Assembly: GCA_002269645.1 (NCBI GenBank)
Contig: NIVC01001157.1
Span: 62,001 to 126,000, forward strand
DNA: 64,000 nt
Source of the DNA: Macrostomum lignano
Lineage: Eukaryota
Direction of reading: 5' to 3'
Under the pieces are notes generated by a model, which worked only from the letters and a program-made list of their open reading frames with translations, made no database searches and had not been told where the DNA came from. Positions within the stretch are counted from its first letter, which is position 1; each line of letters opens with the position of its first letter. This document shows, one piece after another, positions 51,601 to 59,777 of the stretch. Both the position numbers and the translations under genes were made by a program.

Positions 51601-54600
51601 CATTACGCCTACTTGTGGAAACTACGAGTAAAAAGAAGCATACAAAAGCAACGCGCAAGTTTGAGTCACGTGACCCCCCTAACTTAGATGAAATTTTCAT
51701 ATCAGGATCATCAATATACAGCAGAGGATGCCCAGTAGAGTAACTGCATGTGCACTGCATTAAAGTAGTGCAAAGTGTTAAAGAAGCTAGGCCATCAAAG
51801 TGATAATTTTTGTACTTTATAAATCGAAATTTTGTTTAGTTAGCGATAGGTGTAAGAGCACTATACGAAGTACTTTTTGTAGAAAGTTTTATTTTTGAAT
51901 TCTAACTGTACAGAGACTTAAGTATTAGTAAAATCATTATTAAATATACTGTGCAGTGGATTAAGTATTTTATGGTATTTTGACACCTTTGAAATCGTAC
52001 TTAACTGACTTTGTCTGTAGTGGCTTTTTTCTATTGTTCCTCCGAGAAGTTGACAGGAATTTATACCTGCAGATTGCACCGATTGAACCATCTTGATTGG
52101 ATTGGTTCTATATTGTTAAGCTGCCAAATCGCTTGTTAATTGCGCTATAAAATTATAGTTTAATCGGCTTTTGCGCTGATGTCAAAAAAGTAACTCTGCC
52201 GCTTATTGAATAAAATAGTGTAGAGCTGGGGTAGGCGAACCCTCCATCCGGCCCTCGGGTCCTTTGAAACTTCGCAATTTAGCAATCTAGCCATGTCTCA
52301 TGTCTGCTTTTGCTTCCGTATTATCTATTTTCTCTCTTGTCAATCTTATCTCCTCTTATCTCTTCCCTTCTCTAATCTCGTCTCTCTCTCCTCTCCACTC
52401 TCCTCTCTGCTCTCTCCTCTCCCCTTTCCGCTCTCCTCTCCCATCCTCTCTCCTCTCCTCCCTCTTCTCTCTTCTTAGCCCCTCTCCCCCCTCCTTATCC
52501 CCTCTCCTCTCCTCTTCTTTATCCCCTCTCCTCTCCTCTTCTTTTTCCTCTCTCCTTTCCCGCCTCCCCTCTCCTCTCCCCTCTCCCCTCTCCTCTCTCC
52601 CTCCTCTCTCGTCTTCTTTCCCCATTCTCTTCTCTCTCTTCTTATCTTGTATTTTCCCCTCATCTCATCTCTCGCCTCTCTTCTCTCTTCTCTTATATTT
52701 AATCCCTTCTCCTTTCCACTCTCATCTGGCCATTTGAGGTAAAAAAGTTTTCCAACGCCTGGTATAGAAAGTCAAACCTGTGAGCCCGCCACAGAGCCTT
52801 GTGTACACTGTCTGACGATATAAGATAGTCAGGGCGTACAGTAGCCAGGGAGGGGTCAGCACATAATGAACAGCACTGCTTTTTGTCTCGTTGCTGCTTG
52901 TGATTTTCGACATTACCCACTCTCCACCCCTCCAAGGTCGTGCGTCCGTTACGAGCGCTACCTTCATCTCCGTTACGACGGCACCGACTGCGCCGTGATG
53001 TGCCGCGGCTCCACCGAACCGAACGAAGACTACCTGTCAGTCTTTGTGCACCGCTATCGCACCGAGTTTGGCTTCACACTTGACGATCGGCGAGTTCTAA
53101 TTGACGATATTCGCGTTCGAGGCGTTGCTTCGTCTGGTGCCGATGCGGAAGCCGCTGCAGACTCGCTCGCTGGCGGCGAGGTCGCCGTTGAAGTGCAGCA
53201 GCCGGAACCGGTGGCGCATAGTCGGGTGTACTTTGAAGGCGTCGGCTGGCAGACGGTTAGTTCCTGTGAAACCAACACCCGGCAACCCAAAACGGTAGCT
53301 ACACCGGCAACACCAACCGGTAGCTGCACCCGGCGACCCCAACCGGTAGCTACACCCGGCAAACCCAACCGATAGCTACATCCGGCAACCCTAACCAGTA
53401 GCTACACCCTGCAACCCTAACCGGTAGCTACATCCGGCAACCCTAACCGGTAGCTACACCCTGCAACCCTAACCGGTAGCTACACCCTGCAACCCTAACC
53501 GGTAGCTACACGCGGCAACCCTAACCGGTAGCTACACCCTGCAACCCTAACCGGTAGCTACACCCGGCGACCCCAACCGGTAGCTACACGCGGCAACCCT
53601 AACCGGTAGCTACACCCGGCGACCCCAACCGGTAGCTACACCCGGCGACCCTAACCGATAGCTACACCCGGCGACCCCAACCGGTAGCTACACGCGGCAA
53701 CCCTAACCGGTAGCTACACGCGGCAACCCTAACCGGTAGCTACACCCGGCGACCCCAACCGGTAGCTACACGCGGCAACCCTAACCGATAGCTACACCCG
53801 GCAACCCCAACCGATAGCTACACGCGGCAACCCTAACCGGTAGCTACACCCGGCAAACCCAACCGATAGCTACACGCGGCAACCCCAACCGATAGCTACA
53901 CCCGGCAACCCTAACCGGTAGCTACACCCGGCAACCCCAACCGATAGCTACACCCGGCAACCCTAACCGGTAGCTACACCCGGCGACCCTAACCGATAGC
54001 TACACGCGGCAACCCTAACCGGTAGCTACACGCGGCAACCCTAACCGGTAGCTACACCCGGCGACCCCAACCGGTAGCTACACGCGGCAACCCTAACCGA
54101 TAGCTACACCCGGCAACCCCAACCGATAGCTACACGCGGCAACCCTAACCGGTAGCTACACCCGGCGACCCCAACCGGTAGCTACACGCGGCAACCCTAA
54201 CCGATAGCTACACCCGGCAACCCCAACCGATAGCTACACGCGGCAACCCTAACCGGTAGCTACACGCGGCAACCCTAACCGGTAGCTACACCCGGCAACC
54301 CCAACCGATAGCTACACCCGGCAACCCCAACCGGTAGCTACACGCGGCAACCCTAACCGGTAGCTACACCCGGCGACCCCAACCGGTAGCTACACCCGGC
54401 GACCCTAACCGATAGCTACACGCGGCAACCCTAACCGGTAGCTACACGCGGCAACCCTAACCGGTAGCTACACCCGGCGACCCCAACCGGTAGCTACACG
54501 CGGCAACCCTAACCGATAGCTACACCCGGCAACCCAACCGATAGCTACACGCGGCAACCCTAACCGGTAGCTACACGCGGCAACCCTAACCGGTAGCTAC

Positions 54601-57600
54601 ACCCGGCGACCCCAACCGGTAGCTACACGCGGCAACCCTAACCGATAGCTACACCCGGCAACCCCAACCGATAGCTACACGCGGCAACCCTAACCGGTAG
54701 CTACACGCGGCAACCCTAACCGGTAGCTACACCCGGCAACCCCAACCGATAGCTACACGCGGCAACCCTAACCGGTAGCTACACCCGGCGACCCCAACCG
54801 GTAGCTACACGCGGCAACCCTAACCGGTAGCTACACGCGGCAACCCTAACCGGTAGCTACACCCGGCGACCCTAACCGATAGCTACACCCGGCAACCCCA
54901 ACCGATAGCTACACGCGGCAACCCTAACCGGTAGCTACACGCGGCAACCCTAACCGGTAGCTACACCCGGCGACCCCAACCGGTAGCTACACGCGGCAAC
55001 CCTAACCGATAGCTACACCCGGCAACCCCAACCGATAGCTACACGCGGCAACCCTAACCGATAGCTACACCCGGCAACCCCAACCGATAGCTACACGCGG
55101 CAACCCTAACCGGTAGCTACACCCGGCAACCCCAACCGATAGCTACACCCGACAACCCTAACCGGTAGCTACACCCGGCAACCCCAACCGATAGCTACAC
55201 CCGGCAACCCTAACCGGTAGCTACACCCGGCAACCCCAACCGATAGCTACACCCGGCAACCCTAACCGGTAGCTACACCCGGCAACCCTAACCGGTAGCT
55301 ACACCCGGCAACCCGAACCGGTAGCTACACCCGGCAACCCTAATCCGCAGGTGGGCATCTACCGCCTTGACCGCCTGTCACCCGGGCAGTGCATCACCGG
55401 CCCAGCCGTGGTGCTTGAGCAGAACTCAACCGTACTGGTGGAGCCGGATTGGACAGCCAGCCTCACCAAAACAGCCGACCTTCTAATCAGTCGCAAATCA
55501 GCAGAAGCCGCCGCCTCCGTCAACGAAACAGCCGTCGCCGAATCGGAGGTGAAGGTGGACAGCATTCAGCTGAGCATTTTCTCGCACCGGTTTATGTCCA
55601 TAGCTGAGCAGATGGGCCGGGTGCTGCAGAGAACCAGCATCTCTACTAACATCAAGGAGCGTCTGGACTTCAGCTGCGCTCTGTTTGGACCCGACGGGGG
55701 CCTGGTAGCCAACGCGCCTCACATCCCGGTGCACCTGGGTGAGCTGTTCTCCTAATCTCTGTGATGGCCTATTCCCAAGGCAAAGAATGTGATGTGATCC
55801 CATCGTTTTAAATCCCAAATTCCCAGTTTGTTAATCCCCAACTAACCACAGATCCCATTGCTCTAAATCCCAAATCCCCAACAATCCCCAACAGATCCCA
55901 TTGCCCTAAATCCCAAATCCCTAACTAACCACAGATCCCATTGCTCTAAATCCCAAATCCCCAACTAACCACAGATCCCATTGCTCTAAATCCCAAATCC
56001 CCAACTAACCACAGATCCCATTGCTCTAAATCTCAAATCCTTAACTAACCAAAAATCCCATTGCCGCAGGCGCCATGCAGGAGACGGTGCGCTATCAGAT
56101 GGCCAACTGCGAGTTGTTGCCAGGCGATGTCATCCTGGCCAATCACCCGCGGGCCGGCGGCAGCCACCTGCCGGACCTGACCGTCATCACGCCCGTGTTC
56201 CTGCCGGGCTCCGGCCAGTCTCCCATATTCTTCGTTGCCAACCGAGGCCATCACGCTGACATCGGTGGCCGAACTCCGGGCTCGATGCCTCCTGACTCGC
56301 ACAGCATCTTGGAGGAGGGCGCCGTGTTCCGCTCGTTCCATCTGGTCCGCGGCGGCCAGTTCCGCGAGGCCGAAGTCACCAAAGAGTTGATGGCGCCAGC
56401 CCAGCTTCCTGGCTGCTCTGGGACGCGAAATTTGCACGACAATTTGAGCGATTTGAGGGCTCAGGTGGCAGCCAATCAGAAGGGCGTTGCTTTGGTTACG
56501 GCGCTGATTGAGGAGTATAGTCTGGGGGTTGTGCAGGCTTATATGAAATTTATACAGGTGAGAATGCACTTTAAGTTTTTATTGCTATTTTCTTAGATTT
56601 GAAGTTTTAGGGATCTATATTTGAGATTATAGGATCTATAAATTTGAGTATATGGGATCTATAAATTTAAGGATATGGGATCTATAAATTTGAGGATATG
56701 GGATCTATAAATTTGAGGATATGGGATCAATAAATTTAAGGATATGGGATCTATAAATTTAAGGATATGGGATCTATAAATTTGAGGATATGGGATCTAT
56801 AAATTGAAGGATATGGGATCTATAAATTTGAGGATATGGGATCAATAAATTGGAGGATATGGGATCTATAAATTTGAGGATATGGGATCAATAAATTGGA
56901 GGATATGGGATCTATAAATTGAAGGATATGGGATCTATAAATTGAAGGATATGGGATCTATAAATTGAAGGATATGGGATCTATAAATTGGAGGATATGG
57001 GATCTATAAATTTGAGGATATGGGATCAATAAATTTGAGGATATGGGATCAATAAATTGGGAGATATGGGATCTATAAATTGAAGGATATGGGATCTTTA
57101 AATTTGAGGATATGGGATCTATAAATTTGAGGATATGGGATCTATAAATTGGAGGATATGGGATCTATAAATTGGAGGATATGGGATCTATAAATTGGAG
57201 GATATGGGATCTATAAATTGGAGGATATGGGATCTATAAATTGGAGGATATGGGATCTATAAATTTGAGGATATGGGATCTATAAGTTGGAGGTTATAGG
57301 ATCTTTAGATTTGAGAATATATGATCTATAGATTTGAGGATATGGGATCTATAAAATTAAGGATATGGGATCTATAAATAAAAGGTCTAGGGATTTTTTT
57401 GATTTGAAGTCTCGGGGATTTCAGATTTAAGGATTTATTTAGGCTTTTCAATCCAACCCAATCCCCAGGCGAACGCGGAGACGGCCGTTCGCGACCTGCT
57501 CCGTCGGGTTGGCGCCTCAGCTTTGGCGCGCACCGGCGCCTCGCGCCTCTCCTTCGCCGACAGCCTCGACGACGGTTCCGACATTCGGCTGAGCGTCGAC

Positions 57601-58478
57601 ATCGACGCCAAAGCCGGCAGCGCAGTGTTTGACTTTGCCGGCACATCGCTGGAGAGTCACGGCAATTTGAATGCGCCGCGGGCTGTCACAATGTCCGCCT
57701 TGATCTACTGCCTGCGCTGCATGGTGCCCTACAGCATTCCCCTGAACCAGGGCTGCCTGGCGCCCATCCAGCTCAGACTGCCCGAGGGCAGCCTGCTCAG
57801 CCCCTCCGACATTGCCGCCGTGGTTGGCGGCAACGTGCTCACCTCTCAGCGCATTGTTGACGTCATTCTTGGCGCCTTTAGCGCCTGTGCCGCTTCGCAG
57901 GGCTGCATGAACAATGTGACGTTTGGCGATGACAGCGTCGGATACTATGAGACTGTGGCCGGCGGCTCCGGGGCTGTGAGTGACTGCCTGACTGCCTGAC
58001 TGACTGACTGACTGACTGACTGCCTGACTGACTGACTGACTGACTGACTGACTGACTGCCTGACTGACTGACTGACTGACTGACTGACTGACTGACTGAC
58101 TGACTGACTGACTGACTGACTGACTGCCTGACTGACTGACTGCCTGACTGACTGACTGACTGACTGACTGACTGACTGACTGACTGACTGACTGACTGAC
58201 TGACTGACTGACTGACTGACTGACTGACTGACTGACTGACTGACTGACTGACTGACTGACTGACTGACTGACTGACTGACTGACTGACTGACTGACTGAC
58301 TGACTGACTGACTGACTGACTGACTGACTGACTGACTGACTGACTGACTGACTGACTGACTGACTGACTGACTGACTGACTGACTGACTGACTGACTGAC
58401 TGACTGACTGACTGACTGACTGACTGACTGACTGACTGACTGACTGACTGACTGACTGACTGACTGACTGACTGACTG

Positions 58479-58514
<36 letters not shown>

Positions 58515-59777
58515 TTTACTTCAGATTTATAAGTACTTTATTTACAACAGGGTCCAAGTTGGCACGGAAGAAGTGGGGTGCACACCCACATGACCAACAC
58601 CAGGATCACGGATGTGGAGATTCTTGAACGCCGGTACGTTTTCCTCACAGTTAGTCATTGGTCTCATGCCCAACCACTTGTTTTGTCAGTCTGACAGACA
58701 GCCCACCCACACCTGGGTTGCAGGTACCCCGTCATCGTGGATCATTTTTCCCTGTGCCCGGGCACCGGCGGTCAGGGCCAGTTCAACGGAGGCGACGGCA
58801 TCCTGCGGGTGCTTCGGTTCCGCAAGGACCTGACCTTGTCAGTGCTCACTGAGCGACGCGTTCACGCACCATACGGACTCAAAGGTGATCCCAAAATCCT
58901 CACTAATCACTAATCCTCACTATTCCGAAATCCTCACAAATCCCAAAAACCTCACTAATCCTAAAAACCTCACTAATCCTAAAAACCTCACAAATCCCAA
59001 AAACCTCACTAATCCCAAAATCCTAACTAATCCCAAAATCCTCACTAATCCTAAAATCCTCACTAATCCAAAAATCCTAACTAATCCCAAAATCCTCACT
59101 AATCCCAAAAACCTCACTAATCGTAAAATCCTTACTAATCCTATTATGTTCACTAATCCCACAATTCTCGCGAATCTCAAAATCTTCACTAATCACAGTG
59201 TCTTAACTAATCCCACTATTCTCGCGAATCTCAAAATCTTCACTAATCACAGTGTCTTAACTAATCCCACTATTCTCACCAATCCCGAATTCTCACTAAT
59301 CCCAAAATCCTTACTAATCCCAAATTCCTCACTAATCCTAAATCCTCACTAATCCCAAAATCCTCAGGAATCCCAAAATCCTCACCAATCCCAAAATCCT
59401 CACTAATCCCAAAATCCTCACTAATCCCAAAATCCTCACTAATCCCAAATTCCTCACTAATCCCATAGCTGCCAAGTATCACAAACTCTCAAGTATCCCA
59501 ATAATCCTGCAAACTACTCCGCTCAGGTGGCCAACCTGGCAGCCGGGGCAGCAACTCGCTCGAGGTGGCTGCCACGGGTCGCCGGATGAACCTCGGCGCC
59601 AAGACTTCGGTGTCGGTTGGCCCGGGGGATCGGTTCGTGCTTCGCACGCCTGGCGGTGGCGGCTTCGGCCCGCTGGCTTCGAAGGGGACTTCGGATTCAG
59701 GCGCTGGTGCACATCAGCCGCCGCTGGTTCTGCGTGGCACCTTAGTTGACTACGAACAGATGCAGTTTTCCGCCTGA
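25840..59777 (+). CDS. OPLAH: 5-oxoprolinase (ATP-hydrolysing), 17 exons, ~1298 aa
   Basis: Motifs [97 protein letters not shown]-like [41 protein letters not shown]. Phase-consistent GT-AG exons: 25840-25995, 27642-27830, 28152-28448, 29436-29573, 29659-29711, 30090-30282, 30747-30988, 44716-44886, 47146-47324, 48440-48521, 52937-53255, 55351-55738, 56070-56557, 57469-57975, 58551-58633, 58724-58884, 59527-59777. Total 3897 nt. Confidence 0.96.
26084..26246. mobile_element. 163-bp MITE-like insertion with a perfect 8-bp target-site duplication (GATATCAA)
   Basis: GATATCAA at 26076-26083 and 26247-26254. Ends CATTGGCGTA...TATACCCCTG are imperfect hAT-like TIRs. Confidence 0.6.
27865..28095. 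repeat. (TCTG)n microsatellite, OPLAH intron 2
   Basis: Read directly. Confidence 0.95.
28858..29340. repeat. 60-bp tandem repeat x~8, OPLAH intron 3
   Basis: Read directly (CATTCAGGTGTGTCAGGTGATGTCAGTAGGGTCACTG...). Confidence 0.93.
29705..30025. repeat. 19-bp minisatellite (ACATCAGTGAGTACACATG) starting at the exon 5 donor
   Basis: Read directly; the first unit overlaps the real junction ATCA|GTGAGT at 29711/29712. Confidence 0.93.
30283..30705. repeat. (TCTG/TGTG/CCTG)n microsatellite, OPLAH intron 6
   Basis: Read directly; begins at the donor GT. Confidence 0.95.
31030..32457. repeat. Host 19/23-bp minisatellite (GATTGATAAGATCCAGTGA / ACTGATTGATAAGATTCATTGAG), left of the Polinton
   Basis: Read directly; the same array resumes at 44156. 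Confidence 0.92.
32458..33529 (+). repeat. Left TIR (1072 bp)
   Basis: Reverse complement of 43122-44155. The differences I saw are one extra 39-bp VNTR unit and a 1-bp homopolymer indel. Confidence 0.95.
33491..33497 (+). promoter_or_regulatory. TATA box (TATATAA) at the inner end of the left TIR, facing the PC4-like ORF
   Basis: An Inr-like CTCACAGT lies ~32-35 nt downstream; ATG at 33537 in CAAAATG context. Confidence 0.6.
33537..34178 (+). CDS. PC4/Sub1-like ssDNA-binding (transcriptional coactivator p15) domain protein, possibly with a second degenerate PC4 domain
   Basis: [30 protein letters not shown] aligns by eye with the PC4 core [29 protein letters not shown]. The C-terminal third may be read-through. 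Confidence 0.7.
   Translation: MNFKTLSNRFRIGVRSHSKCISIRKWYKFDEEYRPGLPGMELTVHQFCHLGSLKERLEEFARKCIDAQCLLGGNRQVVVQNGVITLWRLPTVLGPPVHLRHALPLPTKLWREVWAQKHWVLDKIVKREPPVKPPIGDPWDTTLRSLKSVQHGQQGLHSTNLYKYLTGSRQSGTTTGRLSRQFRLNLERDLHPKLWKSHQQLRRTNSLHSTSHQ
34387..34529. terminator. Convergent polyadenylation signals between the PC4-like (+) and TBP-like (-) genes
   Basis: AATAAA on + at 34387, 34456 and 34461; AATAAA on - at 34529-34524; AT-rich spacer. Confidence 0.55.
34655..35254 (-). CDS. Divergent TATA-box-binding protein (TBP) homolog, 199 aa, core domain only
   Basis: Two TBP repeats recognisable: IRVTNIV (cf. LQNIV), [20 protein letters not shown] (cf. TALIFSSGKMVCTGAKSEE), YEPEMFNGL (cf. YEPELFPGL), [16 protein letters not shown] (cf. 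LLIFVSGKVVLTGAK). Intronless, with Kozak context AAGATGG. Confidence 0.88.
   Translation of the reverse strand: MAGAIRVTNIVTGADLATRVALPQLANFLTLHLPQYHTIRHRLVHPRTLAVVMKSGQHRVTALVYPTGQVSVCGAKSMEEALAETEKIVKLCADFLRLTSLPQIRIKTITSVTTFPAGRHPLRLGEVKSKWPHRATYEPEMFNGLVLEFTASVKLILFHSYRCIIAGARSVVEAQTAADALSRILLPDQASEPTLLDSD
34866..35747 (-). CDS. DEDD/DnaQ-like exonuclease-family protein (conserved part ~35747-35310); the ORF runs on over the TBP-like gene in another frame
   Basis: MIVIDFEGF...FVIKEIA...HGLDW...SKG..K pattern, which I recall from small nuclease-like ORFs of invertebrate Polintons. ATG at 35747 overlaps the upstream stop (ATGA). Confidence 0.6.
   Translation of the reverse strand: MIVIDFEGFPHLYKTEDFVIKEIAWVEFACGQTTAHYYCYRPPHSFELFDRGQRRTCYWLTNKRHGLDWDRSGFRPYSCLWSDISHLQGPIFSKGDVKCQFLSRLLLQPVYDLAHLAFPSASKYVLPYALAKVALYADWLRPRGYGSIKVAICSRHWHFSRLSKDGRSNSRNKHRDRSRPGDPGGSATTSEFPDSSSASVSHNPPSPGSSSNTGCGDEERAASSNRAGVSDRTSVCLWSQKHGGSSRRDREDCEVVCGLLAIDQSAPDSHQDYYLCDDLSRGSASTPVGGSQV
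35300..35307 (-). promoter_or_regulatory. Canonical TATA box (TATAAAAG) for the TBP-like gene
   Basis: 53 nt upstream of the ATG; an Inr-like CA(+1)TTTC has its A at 35275, 32 nt from the first T. Confidence 0.65.
35744..36340 (-). CDS. Conserved Polinton protein of unknown function (198 aa)
   Basis: MILVP...[18 protein letters not shown]...PPNG..EF...L....VP pattern, recalled from ORFs downstream of the ATPase in invertebrate Polintons. Confidence 0.6.
   Translation of the reverse strand: MYKEMILVPRLQYEALVNQRGMETVCEPELEAEKRLRKIRDERCVQQLQASATQEQPPVIHKEPQWKEVLYLTVNQKWHHRLQALISFITVKCKSISIDDTYEVSVNGKPLYNSNIVDLLHFIVKDTYSKYLQPPNGINEFVTCLQENHVPLSAVGLNTTKLLEKPREEKSSPKKPRLQDYKKTQSQKGYGKWIKWPR
36300..36632 (-). 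CDS. Small basic Polinton core-like protein (110 aa)
   Basis: IL..AN...[14 protein letters not shown]...RRLRRY...LRLVA pattern; lies immediately downstream of the ATPase as in other Polintons. Confidence 0.6.
   Translation of the reverse strand: MDKHIALITVFCEGTISLRRCILTYANKSTICFLVECIINLLAGKVGCEDSLKRRLRRYRNTLRLVAQSKSVKEARRNLSHPHILRCLPLILTCIKRHVQGNDTGTPVAV
36663..37322 (-). CDS. Genome-packaging ATPase (A32/FtsK-HerA-like)
   Basis: Walker [10 protein letters not shown], Walker B LIVIDD, then LFTREAHHK...LITQNLF and [18 protein letters not shown]. Likely start is MQSYSD at 37322. Confidence 0.92.
   Translation of the reverse strand: MQSYSDSKISCNVFDSRLRMGGCMMVSGPSRAGKSTFCLRLLSQRLLLFDQPPKRMIWYHGCPQPELHTTLRRLGVQVCEGLSNLDLQPHDLIVIDDLLDEAAASRELRHLFTREAHHKPCFVILITQNLFFKGREWRTISINCTYIVLFNNPRDASAVQALSQQCFPKRRTLLVELMDRLVRDGDQRYLLLDFHPASPHELRLRANFLPDEAPQRVYL
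37279..37540 (-). pseudogene. C-terminal remnant of an adenain-like cysteine protease
   Basis: [24 protein letters not shown] carries the Q...CG.YC catalytic-Cys motif. The N-terminal half with His/Asp is absent and the sequence abuts the integrase directly. Confidence 0.75.
37520..38528 (-). CDS. Polinton RVE (DDE) integrase, two exons (38528-38391 and 38278-37520), C-terminally truncated
   Basis: The spliced protein reads [46 protein letters not shown]|[14 protein letters not shown]...WELDLVEM...VRTDRGKEF...[11 protein letters not shown]. The D-D-E triad is intact. It stops shortly after [12 protein letters not shown], with no chromodomain. Confidence 0.9.
38279..38390 (-). other. 112-nt phase-0 spliceosomal intron in the integrase gene
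   Basis: Donor CAG|GTATGC, branch point CACTAAC, T-tract, acceptor TAAAG|GTA. Removing it restores the conserved integrase N-terminus in frame. Confidence 0.85.
39353..43063 (-). pseudogene. Protein-primed family B DNA polymerase (pPolB) with Zn-finger and endonuclease-VII-like inserts; one in-frame TAA at 41788-41786
   Basis: The two tracked ORFs share a frame (…[13 protein letters not shown]…). Motifs: [55 protein letters not shown]. Confidence 0.9.
43122..44155 (-). repeat. Right TIR (1034 bp)
   Basis: Reverse complement of 32458-33529. Confidence 0.95.
43154..43160 (-). promoter_or_regulatory. TATA box (TATATAA) in the right TIR, facing pPolB
   Basis: Mirror copy of 33491-33497; pPolB ATG at 43063. 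Confidence 0.6.
44156..44640. repeat. Continuation of the host 23/19/16-bp minisatellite, right of the Polinton
   Basis: Read directly. Confidence 0.92.
44960..47122. repeat. 22-bp minisatellite (CCATAGCTACCTGTCTGTCACT) with a duplicated ~290-bp block near its 5' end, OPLAH intron 8
   Basis: Read directly. Confidence 0.94.
47350..48395. repeat. Complex TGTGTCC/AGTC minisatellite, OPLAH intron 9
   Basis: Read directly. Confidence 0.92.
49700..50052. repeat. 21-bp minisatellite (GTGTATTTAGGGAGTGTGACA)
   Basis: Read directly. Confidence 0.9.
50630..51680. repeat. 53-bp tandem repeat, ~19 units, each centred on the palindrome TAGGGTCACGTGACCCTA or a variant
   Basis: Read directly; homogeneous at the 5' end and decaying toward the 3' end. 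Confidence 0.9.
52226..52761 (-). mobile_element. hAT-like MITE with internal CT-rich microsatellite
   Basis: Imperfect TIRs CTGGGGTAGGCGAAC and CAGGCGTTGGAAAAC. Flanks GTGTAGAG and GTATAGAA match at 6/8. Related to the copy at ~23805-24105. Confidence 0.55.
53290..55342. repeat. 26-bp minisatellite (ACCGGTAGCTACACCCGGCAACCCTA), ~79 copies, OPLAH intron 11
   Basis: Read directly. Confidence 0.95.
55790..56060. repeat. 41-bp tandem repeat, OPLAH intron 12
   Basis: Read directly. Confidence 0.85.
56620..57380. repeat. 23-bp minisatellite (GGATATGGGATCTATAAATTTGA), OPLAH intron 13
   Basis: Read directly. Confidence 0.92.
57976..58512. repeat. (GACT)n then (TTAC)n microsatellite, OPLAH intron 14
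   Basis: Read directly; starts at the donor GTGAGTGACTG. Confidence 0.95.
58890..59470. repeat. 18-bp minisatellite (CCTCACTAATCCCAAAAT), OPLAH intron 16
   Basis: Read directly. Confidence 0.9.

Noticed and set aside
53290-55342. Interstitial telomere (CCCTAA) array
   Set aside because: Only one CCCTAA per 26-bp unit, not tandem telomeric repeats.
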